Assembly (NCBI GenBank): GCA_043778225.1
Contig: JAYWGM010000101.1
Location: forward strand, 32,001 to 96,000
From: Deinococcales bacterium
GTDB taxonomy: Bacteria; Deinococcota; Deinococci; Deinococcales; JAAFIG01
DNA length: 64,000 nucleotides
Direction: 5' to 3'
How positions within the stretch are numbered: position 1 is the stretch's first letter; each line of letters starts with the position of its first letter. Shown piece by piece: positions 20,087-28,779 of this stretch. A program made the translations under genes and the position numbers. The notes beneath the pieces are model-generated. The model was not told where the DNA came from. It ran no database searches and was given only the letters and a program-made list of their open reading frames with translations.

Positions 20087-21229
20087 TCACAATGCCCCAA
20101 TACGTCGGACTGCTTCGGCGATTTGCTCGAGGCTACAGGCATAGGAAAGGCGCACTTTGCCAAATGCCCGAAAATCTGTACCGGGAACAACCGCCACTTT
20201 GGCTTCTTCGAGAATGATTTTGGCTGCCTCGGCTTCGTCCGAATGTATGCGGGTCGTGTCTGCCAGCACATAAAACGCGCCATCTGGGGTCGGGGTCGGG
20301 CAACCAATCGCGTTTAAGCCAGCCACAATCGCATTGCGCCGTTCTAAAAAGGCGGCTCGAGCCATTTCTATGTATGCCTTGGTGTCGTTGAGGGCGGCGA
20401 TCGTTGCCCACTGGGCGATGCTGTTGGCGCTGCTGGTGGTTTGCCCCTGAATCGCATCCATGGCTTTGATAATATGGGCTGGTGCGGCGGCAAAACCAAT
20501 CCGCCAACCCGTCATGCTGTAGGCTTTAGAAGCCCCGTTAATCGTAATCACCCGTTCTGGATTCAATCTGCCAGCGCTGATGGGCAACGCACCCGTATAG
20601 GTGATGTGTTCGTACATTTCGTCGGTCATGACCCAAAGGTCGTGTTTTTCGGCAATTTCCATGATGCCAGCTATTGTTTGGTCCGAATAAACCACCCCAG
20701 ATGGATTGCTTGGGCTGTTCAAAATAATCATTTTGGTTTTAGCGGTCACGGCGTTCTCGAGCGCCGAGAGTTCTAACTGATAGCCATGAGCAGCTTCGGT
20801 GTCCACAAAAACAGGAATTCCACCAAACATCTGAACTTGCTCGGGGTAGGTGACCCAAAATGGCGCGGGGATAATCACTTCGTCGCCAGGGTTAATCAGG
20901 GCAAAACAGGCATTGTACAACGCCTGTTTGCCGCCGCTCGTAACTTGAATTTGCCCAATGCCATACTCGAGTTTATTTTCGCGCTTAAATTTGGCAGCAA
21001 TCGCTTCGCGCAGTTCTGGTACACCCAGACTTGGGGTGTACTTGGTTTTGCCACGCGCCAAGGCTTCTCGAGCCGCATCTTTGATGTGTTCGGGGGTGTC
21101 AAAATCGGGTTCGCCAACCGACATCGAAATGATGTCTATGCCCGAGCGTTTTAATTCCATGGCTCGAGCCGTCACGGCAACCGTACTCGAGGGTTTGAGT
21201 TTGCTGCTGGCAACAGAAAGTGGCTTCAT
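20087..21229 (-). CDS. aspC: Aspartate aminotransferase (class I PLP)
   Basis: VGEPDFDTP, GGKQAL, NSPSNPSG, DEMY, SKAYSMTGWRIG. Confidence 0.9.
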   Translation of the reverse strand: MKPLSVASSKLKPSSTVAVTARAMELKRSGIDIISMSVGEPDFDTPEHIKDAAREALARGKTKYTPSLGVPELREAIAAKFKRENKLEYGIGQIQVTSGGKQALYNACFALINPGDEVIIPAPFWVTYPEQVQMFGGIPVFVDTEAAHGYQLELSALENAVTAKTKMIILNSPSNPSGVVYSDQTIAGIMEIAEKHDLWVMTDEMYEHITYTGALPISAGRLNPERVITINGASKAYSMTGWRIGFAAAPAHIIKAMDAIQGQTTSSANSIAQWATIAALNDTKAYIEMARAAFLERRNAIVAGLNAIGCPTPTPDGAFYVLADTTRIHSDEAEAAKIILEEAKVAVVPGTDFRAFGKVRLSYACSLEQIAEAVRRIGAL

Positions 21230-21273
21230 GCTGGTCAATATACCTTGGGAGGAGATGGTGATTTGGCTATTTT

Positions 21274-22050
21274 TTAGAAATCCTCCCAAGCAATCTGGCT
21301 GATTCCAAACCTTGGCACAGCCACTCGAGTCCCGCCAAGCGCAAAGACTTCTTGGCTAAAAACTTGGCTCGAGCTTTGGCTATGCAGTTCAGGCAGCAGT
21401 TTATCGATGCCACTGCCAATCGCGCTCTGGCTTTGGTGTGCCAGAATGGCTTGGCGTTTTGACTCCAGAACTGCCGTGCAATCGATGCTTAAAAATGGGT
21501 CTGAAAGTGCAAATTCGGCACTGTCAAAACTGCCAAAGCCAGCCTGGTTAAAGCGCTCGAGCATTGCAACCGTTGGCATGATGTACAACAACTGCTTGGG
21601 GGCTTGGCTCGAGAAAAATGCCGCACTGGCAATTCGGTGCGTAGCAATGTGGTCTGGGTGTCCATAAAACCCGCGTGGGTCAAAGGTCAGCAGCACATCT
21701 GGCTGCGTTTGGGCAATCACGGCTGCCACTTCTCGAGCCACGGCAAATATATCGGCATCCACCAAACGATTTGATAATTGGCTGGGGCGACGAAAACCGC
21801 TGTCGTGGTACTCGAGAAAACGCGGTGCTTGTGTGCCTAGAATCTGGCAGGCTTTTTCTAACTCGAGTTGGCGCAGTTGGGCAATGGTGCGTCCAGCCAG
21901 CAGTTGTGGGGCAACATGACCCGCCTCGCCTCGAGTTAGGCACAGCAGGTCTATGTGAACCCCTTGGGCTGCCAGCCGTGCCAGTGTGCCGCCACAGCAA
22001 AAACTTTCATCGTCTGGATGTGCAAAAACAGCAAGTAGTCTGGGCATCAT
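21274..22050 (-). CDS. PIG-L/MshB family deacetylase
   Basis: AHPDDE, TRGEAG, GHPDH, AHQSQ. Confidence 0.92.
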   Translation of the reverse strand: MMPRLLAVFAHPDDESFCCGGTLARLAAQGVHIDLLCLTRGEAGHVAPQLLAGRTIAQLRQLELEKACQILGTQAPRFLEYHDSGFRRPSQLSNRLVDADIFAVAREVAAVIAQTQPDVLLTFDPRGFYGHPDHIATHRIASAAFFSSQAPKQLLYIMPTVAMLERFNQAGFGSFDSAEFALSDPFLSIDCTAVLESKRQAILAHQSQSAIGSGIDKLLPELHSQSSSQVFSQEVFALGGTRVAVPRFGISQIAWEDF

Positions 22051-22121
22051 GCAATCATAGCCCAAGGCGACGTATAATCTTAGAACGAGCAACACAAAAA
22101 CAAAAGCTCGCTGGAGGCGGT

Positions 22122-23393
22122 ATGAAAAAGAGATATGCAGTTGGTGTGGTGGCATTAGGCGCGGCATTAGCAATGGGAGTCAGCGCTCAGGGCAGCAAAA
22201 CCCCTGTTTTGTACTGGCAATATCAATTTGACAGCAAAGTCAATTTTGTCAACGAATTGATGGCAGAATTTAATAAAGCCAACCCAGACATCGAAGTCAA
22301 ACAAGAAAACTTTCCGTATGCCGATTACATCGCTAAAGTCAAAAGCGCGGTCGGGGCTGGACAAGGACCAGATGTGGTCAACCTGTTTTACGGCTGGATT
22401 CCAGATTGGGTGGCTGGCGGTTATTTGCAAGCCCTACCGACATCGGCATTTAGTGCCAAAGCCCTCGAGGAAAGCGTTGGACCACTGGCAAAAGCTGGCA
22501 AAGTCAACAACCAATACTGGGCAGTGCCAACCGCCGTGCGTACCCTAGCAATTTTTTACAACAAGGATTTATTTAAGGCAGCCGGTATCACAAAAACGCC
22601 GCGCACCTGGGCAGAATTTGAAGCGGCTGGCAAGAAAATCCAAAAGACCGAAAATGGCAAAACCACAATTGCTGGTATTGCGATTCAGCCTGAAGGTCAA
22701 GACCACCATCTGTTCCGCGAAGTCCTGAGCCGTCAATGGGGCGGTAAGCCATACACGGGCGACTTTAAGCAAATTACGTACAACAGCAGCGCTGGTCTCG
22801 AGGCGTTCAAATGGTACACTGGTCTGATTGAACGTGGTGCAGCCACTCGAGGTCTCGATATGCTGCCCGGTTCGGGCAATGCGTACCGCGATACTTTTAT
22901 TTCTGGCAAAGCGGGCATGATTGTCGACGGTTCGTTTGCGATTGGGGCAATCCGCAGTGGCGCAAAGTTTGATTGGGGCGTATTTGAACTGCCAACCAAA
23001 GAACTTGGTGGCGTGCGGGCAAACTTTGGTTCGTACTGGGTGCATGGCGTAACCCCCAATGCCAAAGGTGCAAAACTTGAAGCCAGCACCAAATGGCTTA
23101 AATTTCTGACTTCCGACCCCGTCCAGCGCCGTTGGTTACAAAAAATTGGCGAAATCCCAGCCAGTGCTACTTTGGCAAGCGATAAAGCCTTGCGTAACGA
23201 CCCCGTGTTTGGACCATTTGTGGCAAGTTTGCCGTTTGCTCGAGCCACCTATTTTGTGGACGAAGCCGGTCAACGCAAAGCCATGTCGGACGCGATGAAT
23301 AGCGTTTGGCTGACCAAAGCTGCACCAAGCGAAGCACTGAAAGCCTCGGCAAGTGGCGAACAAAAACTGCTCGATATGTTCTTCAAGAAGTAA
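22122..23393 (+). CDS. Sugar ABC transporter substrate-binding protein (orphan)
   Basis: GGAGG RBS, signal peptide, GPDVV, IFYNKDLFKAAG, TWAEF. Confidence 0.92.
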   Translation: MKKRYAVGVVALGAALAMGVSAQGSKTPVLYWQYQFDSKVNFVNELMAEFNKANPDIEVKQENFPYADYIAKVKSAVGAGQGPDVVNLFYGWIPDWVAGGYLQALPTSAFSAKALEESVGPLAKAGKVNNQYWAVPTAVRTLAIFYNKDLFKAAGITKTPRTWAEFEAAGKKIQKTENGKTTIAGIAIQPEGQDHHLFREVLSRQWGGKPYTGDFKQITYNSSAGLEAFKWYTGLIERGAATRGLDMLPGSGNAYRDTFISGKAGMIVDGSFAIGAIRSGAKFDWGVFELPTKELGGVRANFGSYWVHGVTPNAKGAKLEASTKWLKFLTSDPVQRRWLQKIGEIPASATLASDKALRNDPVFGPFVASLPFARATYFVDEAGQRKAMSDAMNSVWLTKAAPSEALKASASGEQKLLDMFFKK

Positions 23394-23407
23394 ATTTAAG
23401 GGGTCAG

Positions 23408-23436
23408 TAAAGGCGAGCCTAGCTCGCCTTTATTTT
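23408..23436 (+). terminator. Intrinsic terminator
   Basis: TAAAGGCGAGC-CTA-GCTCGCCTTTA followed by TTTT. Confidence 0.75.
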
Positions 23437-23571
23437 GCTCGAGCCAAGAAAAAATACCCACTTGAGCTTCAGCTTGGTGGTGTAAACTTGAGTCATAACC
23501 GAATCTGTGGGCTGTAGCTTGCACTGGTTAAACTAAGCCGCGAGTTGCGGAAAAAAATCAAAGGAGAAATC

Positions 23572-24174
23572 ATGAAATACGAATTACCAGCCCTGACCTA
23601 TGCCCCCGAAGCCCTCGAGCCACACATTGACACCGCCACGATGCAGATTCATCATGGTAAGCACCACCAAGCCTATGTCAATAACTTAAACGCTGCCCTC
23701 GAGAAGCACCCAGAACTGACCATGCCACTCGAGGAAATGCTGCACGACCTCTCCAAAGTACCAGAAGACATTCGCGGCGCGGTTCGCAACAACGGCGGCG
23801 GACATTACAACCACGCCTTTTTCTGGACACTGATGACCCCCGGTGGCTCGAGTACCCCGGTTGGCGATTTGGCGGCGGCAATTACCCAAATGGGTGGCTT
23901 AGATACCCTAAAAGAAAAAGTCAATGCGGCTGGCACAACCCGTTTTGGCTCAGGCTGGGCATGGTTGGTGGTCAAAAATGGAGCGCTTGAAGTGGTCAGC
24001 ACCGCCAATCAGGACACCCCACTCGAGTTAGGTGCAAAACCAGTCTTGGGTGTGGATGTCTGGGAACACGCTTATTACCTCAAATACCAAAACTTGCGCC
24101 CTAAGTACCTCGAGTCTTGGTGGAATGTCGTTAATTGGGATGTTGCCGAAAAGAATTACCACGCAGCAAAATAG
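23572..24174 (+). CDS. sodA: Superoxide dismutase [Mn]
   Basis: [37 protein letters not shown]. Confidence 0.96.
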   Translation: MKYELPALTYAPEALEPHIDTATMQIHHGKHHQAYVNNLNAALEKHPELTMPLEEMLHDLSKVPEDIRGAVRNNGGGHYNHAFFWTLMTPGGSSTPVGDLAAAITQMGGLDTLKEKVNAAGTTRFGSGWAWLVVKNGALEVVSTANQDTPLELGAKPVLGVDVWEHAYYLKYQNLRPKYLESWWNVVNWDVAEKNYHAAK

Positions 24175-24179
24175 TTTTA

Positions 24180-24234
24180 TCACCTCATAGCCTGTAGGAA
24201 TGTTCACCTCATAGCCTGTAGGGATGTCACCTCA
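24180..24234. repeat. 23-24 bp tandem repeat (about 2.3 copies) just after the sodA stop
   Basis: TCACCTCATAGCCTGTAGGRATG at 24180 and 24204, partial copy at 24227. Confidence 0.88.
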
Positions 24235-24269
24235 CTTGTTGGGGTGATTTTTTCTTGGTAACGTCTGCC

Positions 24270-24893
24270 ATGCCTCAAGTGCTGATTGTTGTTGCCACAC
24301 CACTCGAAGCCAAGCGCTTGCCAGAATTGCCAAACTCGAGGGTTGTGGTTTCGGGAATTGGCGCAGTCAACGCTGCCCTGACGACCTATGCTGCCCTGCT
24401 CGAGCAACCCGCCGATTTGGTTTTGTCGGTTGGGATTGCTGGAGCGTACCCAAATTCGGGTTTGGCACTGACCGATTGCATTGTCTCAAGCCAAATGGTC
24501 TACGCTGGGCTTGGGGTGCAAAATGGGTCTCGAGTAGATGCCCTAACCTTCCCAATTGCCCCAGATATTTTCCAGATTTTACCCGCTTGGCAGGGCGCAC
24601 AAGCCTTATCCAGCGCGGCGGGGTTGCCGTGTGGCACAATTGCCACGCTCGAGACCGTGACCACCGACATGGCTCGAGCCGAGGCTATTGAAAAACAATT
24701 TGAAGCTCGAGCCGAAGCCATGGAAGGGGCTGGGGTTGCCCAAGCTGGACTGCGTTTGGCTGTACCAGCCCTCGAGCTACGCAGTATCAGCAACATGGTG
24801 ACAGATAGGCAAAACTGGCAACTACAAGCCGCCCTCGAGCGCTTAGGGACAACACTCGAGGGCAATTGGGACACGTTGCTTGATTTACTTTAA
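24270..24893 (+). CDS. mqnB: Futalosine hydrolase
   Basis: VATPLEA, SGIGAVNAA, GIAGAY, EAMEGAGVA, ELRSISN. Confidence 0.85.
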   Translation: MPQVLIVVATPLEAKRLPELPNSRVVVSGIGAVNAALTTYAALLEQPADLVLSVGIAGAYPNSGLALTDCIVSSQMVYAGLGVQNGSRVDALTFPIAPDIFQILPAWQGAQALSSAAGLPCGTIATLETVTTDMARAEAIEKQFEARAEAMEGAGVAQAGLRLAVPALELRSISNMVTDRQNWQLQAALERLGTTLEGNWDTLLDLL

Positions 24894-25363
24894 GCCACAA
24901 TCACGGCGTTGGCATGAGCATGACGATGCTCGAGTTCGCTGGGGGTGGCTTCGCGGATGCCGACAACCTTGACCCAAAACTCGAGTGAATTACCCGCCAA
25001 GGGGTGATTAAAGTCCACCAAGGCTTCTTCGCCTTCGATTTCCAAGACCACAAAACTGACCGCTTCGCCGTCTTCGTTTTCGCCCGTATAATGCCCACCA
25101 ATTTCGAGTTCGTCGTCAAAACTGTCTATCGGAATGGTCTGAATCATCTCTTCATCAAAGACCCCGTAGCCTTCGTCTGGTTCGATATAAATTGTTTTTT
25201 CTTCGCCCAGTTTCATACCTGCCAACGCCTTCTCGAGTCCAACGATGATGTTGCCATAACCATGCAAGTAAAGCAGTGGCTCGCCTTCGGATTCGTCCAC
25301 AATTTCTTCTTCGACCCGCAGCCGATACTCGAGGCTGACCACATCATCTTTTTGAATTGACAT
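24890..25363 (-). CDS. slyD: FKBP-type peptidyl-prolyl isomerase SlyD
   Basis: PLLYLHG, GLEKAL, VDFNHPLAG, REAT..EL.HRHAH. Confidence 0.93.
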   Translation of the reverse strand: MSIQKDDVVSLEYRLRVEEEIVDESEGEPLLYLHGYGNIIVGLEKALAGMKLGEEKTIYIEPDEGYGVFDEEMIQTIPIDSFDDELEIGGHYTGENEDGEAVSFVVLEIEGEEALVDFNHPLAGNSLEFWVKVVGIREATPSELEHRHAHANAVIVA

Positions 25364-25373
25364 AAAAAACTCC

Positions 25374-25823
25374 TTAGCGGCTCGAGGCTCGAATCAACTC
25401 TAAAATGCTCCAGAGTGGTCGTTCTGCCTCAAAGCCAATATCTACACCGTACACCGAAAAGGCACGATTGCGAATGGCGCTTACGTCCCCAAATTCCTCG
25501 AGCGTGGTCGCATCGTTCAAAAATACGTTGTCGTAATCTAAGTGCAGCACCTTGGCAAAAAAATCTCGAGCCAAGGCTGCCTGAGCATCAACTCGAGATG
25601 TACTCGAGAACATTTCTTCGGGGGCTTCGCCGGGAATCGGCAGAGGTTTACCAACCGCCGCATGATAAATCAGCCGTTCATCGTATAAACGTTGTAATTC
25701 TTGCAGCGCCTCGTTTTGGGTTTGACCTGTGGCAATGAGGGCGTAAAACTCGAGCAAGGAGGCTTCCCAGACGTTCCAGTCGTCGCGGTGGGCTATTTTT
25801 AGGGTGTAATCGTTGAGCATCAT
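25374..25823 (-). CDS. Hypothetical protein with a HicB-like N-terminal fold
   Basis: ATGQTQNEAL..L and GKPLPIP resemble the HicB partial RNase-H fold; C-terminal half unrecognised. Confidence 0.5.
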   Translation of the reverse strand: MMLNDYTLKIAHRDDWNVWEASLLEFYALIATGQTQNEALQELQRLYDERLIYHAAVGKPLPIPGEAPEEMFSSTSRVDAQAALARDFFAKVLHLDYDNVFLNDATTLEEFGDVSAIRNRAFSVYGVDIGFEAERPLWSILELIRASSR

Positions 25824-25831
25824 GGCGAGCT

Positions 25832-26077
25832 TTAAGAATCTTGAATGCGATCGAGAAAATCTGGTTCTCGAGAAGGAATTCGAGATAAAACACCTGTAAA
25901 TGCTGTTTCACTTGCTCGAATGGCGCGTTGTAGTAAATAATCTTCGGTCATTAAACTACTGACTTTTTCAGTCACCGCACTGACAATCAATTGGTTCATA
26001 CTGATGTTTTCTTGGTCAGCCAAGGCTTTTAAGTTTTTTTGCAAAGAATTTGGTAAACGAATGGTCATCGCGCTCAT
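25832..26077 (-). CDS. Ribbon-helix-helix antitoxin
   Basis: MTIRLPNSL..LKALA..ENISMNQLI..AVTEKVS; ATGA overlap with the PIN toxin gene. Confidence 0.85.
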   Translation of the reverse strand: MSAMTIRLPNSLQKNLKALADQENISMNQLIVSAVTEKVSSLMTEDYLLQRAIRASETAFTGVLSRIPSREPDFLDRIQDS

Positions 26078-26490
26078 AAAGAACCCCCTAATGTTTTTAG
26101 AAAATCGCTCGGTGTGACTGCTTTAATCCCGAGTTGTTCACAGCCCTTAAAATCACGTAAATTATGTGTGACAATACATTTTGCAGCACTATTAAAAGCC
26201 ACTTCAAGAACCATGTTATCTTTTGGGTCGGATAAAAAAGGTCGCCATAAATAATCAATAGGTTGGTGTTTAGCTTTCAGGACTATAAAATCAAGCAAGA
26301 CCTGAATATCTCCAGCAGACAAAGAGTGCAGACCTTTGCGGGAAAGTACATCTTCGTACTCGAGAATCAGCGCAATAGAAATAATCGGCTGGAACGAATC
26401 GGCTTTAACATGGCGTAAAAGTTGATAGGAAGCCCCTAAGGATGAGCGCACCGCAGAGACCAGAACATTTGTATCGAGAACCGCCTGCAC
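26074..26490 (-). CDS. PIN-domain toxin (type II TA)
   Basis: VLDTNVLVSA, LEYEDV, DPKDNMVLE, IVTHNLRDF. Confidence 0.92.
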   Translation of the reverse strand: MQAVLDTNVLVSAVRSSLGASYQLLRHVKADSFQPIISIALILEYEDVLSRKGLHSLSAGDIQVLLDFIVLKAKHQPIDYLWRPFLSDPKDNMVLEVAFNSAAKCIVTHNLRDFKGCEQLGIKAVTPSDFLKTLGGSL

Positions 26491-26540
26491 CCATCAACGG
26501 TATCATATTTATAACCGCTTTTCAATAGACAAGTGTAGCC

Positions 26541-27494
26541 CTAAACGCACAACTCGAGAATCAGACGCTCTAAGGTCAGCCGTGGCTCGAGTCCACTTTT
26601 CATGCCAGCATCGGCTTCGAGCAGCAGCTTTTGTTCTTGGCGCACACTACTTTCTTTGTAGCGCCGCACGGCTTCGAGGGCTTTCTGGGCGCGAAATTCA
26701 TGCACCGCTAAGGTCTTGGCGGCTTCTTTGGGGCTAACCACGCCATCGCGGGCTTTCAGGGCATAAGCTCGAGCCAGCAGCCCATAATGCCCTTGGAGTG
26801 CGCCAAGCAGCTTAAAAGGGTCTTCGCCGGTGTTCAAAAGCCGCTCGAGGTGTTCCCAAGCCTCTTTGGGCTTTCGCGCCACCAGTGCATCCGTGACCAC
26901 AAACATCGTGGTCGGTTGGACGGCATTGACCACTTTGGCAACCGTGACCACATCGAGTTTAACTTCGATTAACGCCAATTTCTCGAGTTCACTGGCAAGA
27001 ATCGCTAATTCGTCTGGAAAAGTATCGGCTAATAATTTTGGCACGTCTTTCTCGAGCGGCAATTTCATTTTTTTAGCGCGGTCAGCCACCCAAGCAATCA
27101 GTCCGCCTTTGGTTGGAGTCGGCAGCGCTATCAGTTCAAAACCGAGTTTTTCATAGTGTTTGGCGCGAGCTTCTTGGGCTTTTTTCTTTCGCATCACTTC
27201 ACTGCTCGATTCCGAACTTGTCCAGTTTTCGCTGTCCAAAAGCACGGCAATCGCCTCTGGGGCGGTTGCCAGCAAATCGGCAATCGGTTTGTAGTCTTTG
27301 GTACTCGAGACATCTAAGACCACATTGGCAACCCCAAATAGTCCGCCCTGTAAATGCGGCGAGACCATAGCTTGGGTCAATTCTTCGTCCAGCCATGGCA
27401 CATCTCGAGGCGACAAGCCCCGTTTTATCAGGTAGGCTCGCGCCGCTTCGTGAATCAAAAACGCATTGCCAACCAGTGCCAGTGCCACAAGCAC
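26541..27494 (-). CDS. holA: DNA polymerase III delta subunit
   Basis: ASELEKLAL, LLNTGEDPFKLLGAL, LLEADAGMKSG...LERLIL. Confidence 0.85.
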   Translation of the reverse strand: MLVALALVGNAFLIHEAARAYLIKRGLSPRDVPWLDEELTQAMVSPHLQGGLFGVANVVLDVSSTKDYKPIADLLATAPEAIAVLLDSENWTSSESSSEVMRKKKAQEARAKHYEKLGFELIALPTPTKGGLIAWVADRAKKMKLPLEKDVPKLLADTFPDELAILASELEKLALIEVKLDVVTVAKVVNAVQPTTMFVVTDALVARKPKEAWEHLERLLNTGEDPFKLLGALQGHYGLLARAYALKARDGVVSPKEAAKTLAVHEFRAQKALEAVRRYKESSVRQEQKLLLEADAGMKSGLEPRLTLERLILELCV

Positions 27495-27544
27495 AGCTTA
27501 TCATTTTGTTGGCAGACCAAGACGCAATTTGTTAGTATCCCAAT

Positions 27545-28243
27545 ATGCAATTTGTTAAGGCAGTACCGCCTTTGCAGTGGATTTTTATTGTGCTTGGTTG
27601 GGCTTTACTTGTGGCTGGTGTGGTTGCCAACCAAGTGACCCTGCTGACCTTGGGGACAATTACCGCCGATTTCTTAGCGGTTTACTTACTGTATCTGATT
27701 TCGACCCGCACCCCAAAAGCCTGGCAACAGACCATTTTTGGTTTTGTGATTGGGATGCTGGTGATTGGCTTATCCGACTTGGCAGTGCTGGCTGGCTTAG
27801 ACAGCCTCGAGCCGCCTTTGAGTCTGTTGGGGGCGCTGCTTTTTTTGCTTGCCAGTCTGGCTTTACCGATGCTGCTTGAGCGCCAAGGGATGTACAAAAA
27901 AGGTTTTGCCTTACAAATTGTTTTGATTGCGGCAGCCGTTGCCATCCTTGTTTCGGCACTGCTGACGATTTTATTCCAGCCACCGATGCTCCGCATTGCT
28001 TACCAGACCACAGGCTTATTTCTCTCGAGCTTATTTATCATGCAGAGCCAAGATTTTGCGGGTGGCGCAATTGGGCGGGTTTTGCGGATGCTTTCGATTG
28101 CTTTTGCGGTCTCGAGTTTTTCGCAAGTGGCTTTTGCGGTCATCCCAAGTTTAGCGGTGCTGCCAATCATTCCAGACCTTGCGCGTCAGGCTTTCTGGAT
28201 GGCTGGCACAACTTTATTGGCATTTGTACCCAGCCGAAAATGA
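27545..28243 (+). CDS. Hypothetical integral membrane protein
   Basis: About 8 hydrophobic segments; ATGA overlap with mobA. Confidence 0.7.
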   Translation: MQFVKAVPPLQWIFIVLGWALLVAGVVANQVTLLTLGTITADFLAVYLLYLISTRTPKAWQQTIFGFVIGMLVIGLSDLAVLAGLDSLEPPLSLLGALLFLLASLALPMLLERQGMYKKGFALQIVLIAAAVAILVSALLTILFQPPMLRIAYQTTGLFLSSLFIMQSQDFAGGAIGRVLRMLSIAFAVSSFSQVAFAVIPSLAVLPIIPDLARQAFWMAGTTLLAFVPSRK

Positions 28244-28779
28244 AGCTCTCTGGGGCGGTCTTGGCGGGTGGGCGTTCGAGCCGTTTTGGCACAGACAAAG
28301 CCCAGTTTATATGGCATCAAAAAACCTTGCTCGAGTGGGCGTTGGGTAGTTTTATAGGCTTAGAAGACGTGATGGTGATTGGCGGCTCGAGTGCCACGAT
28401 TCCCGACCCAGAGCCATTTCTTGGGGCGCTCCATGGTGTAAAAAGCGCCCTCGAGAATGCAGTTTACCCTCGGGTCGCCATCATGGCGTGTGATATGCCC
28501 AACCTCAGCCCCGCCTATTGGCGGTTTCTCGAGTCAGATAAAGCCGATATTGTGATTCCCCAAAATAAAAACGGGCAACTCGAGCCACTGGCGGCAATTT
28601 ACTCAAGGGCGTGTTTGGGGCTGGTGCAAAACGCAATTACTCGAGGCGACTTAAAACTTTCGGGCTGGTGGCAAGCCCAGACCGAATTCAGCGTTCGGGT
28701 TGTAACATGGCAAGAACTCGAACCATTTTTCCCGAGCGATATTTTTTTGAATGCCAATTATCTCGAGGATTTATCGTGA
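28240..28779 (+). CDS. mobA: Molybdenum cofactor guanylyltransferase
   Basis: LAGGRSSRFGTDKA, ACDMP, EPLAAIY. Confidence 0.92.
   Translation: MKLSGAVLAGGRSSRFGTDKAQFIWHQKTLLEWALGSFIGLEDVMVIGGSSATIPDPEPFLGALHGVKSALENAVYPRVAIMACDMPNLSPAYWRFLESDKADIVIPQNKNGQLEPLAAIYSRACLGLVQNAITRGDLKLSGWWQAQTEFSVRVVTWQELEPFFPSDIFLNANYLEDLS

Noticed and set aside
21675..22121. 149-aa N-terminal extension of the sugar-binding protein in the ORF track
   Set aside because: It overlaps the PIG-L gene on the opposite strand; RBS and signal peptide point to a start at 22122. Similar over-extensions were trimmed for the lipoprotein, udg, ftsB-like, mdh and 28611 ORFs.
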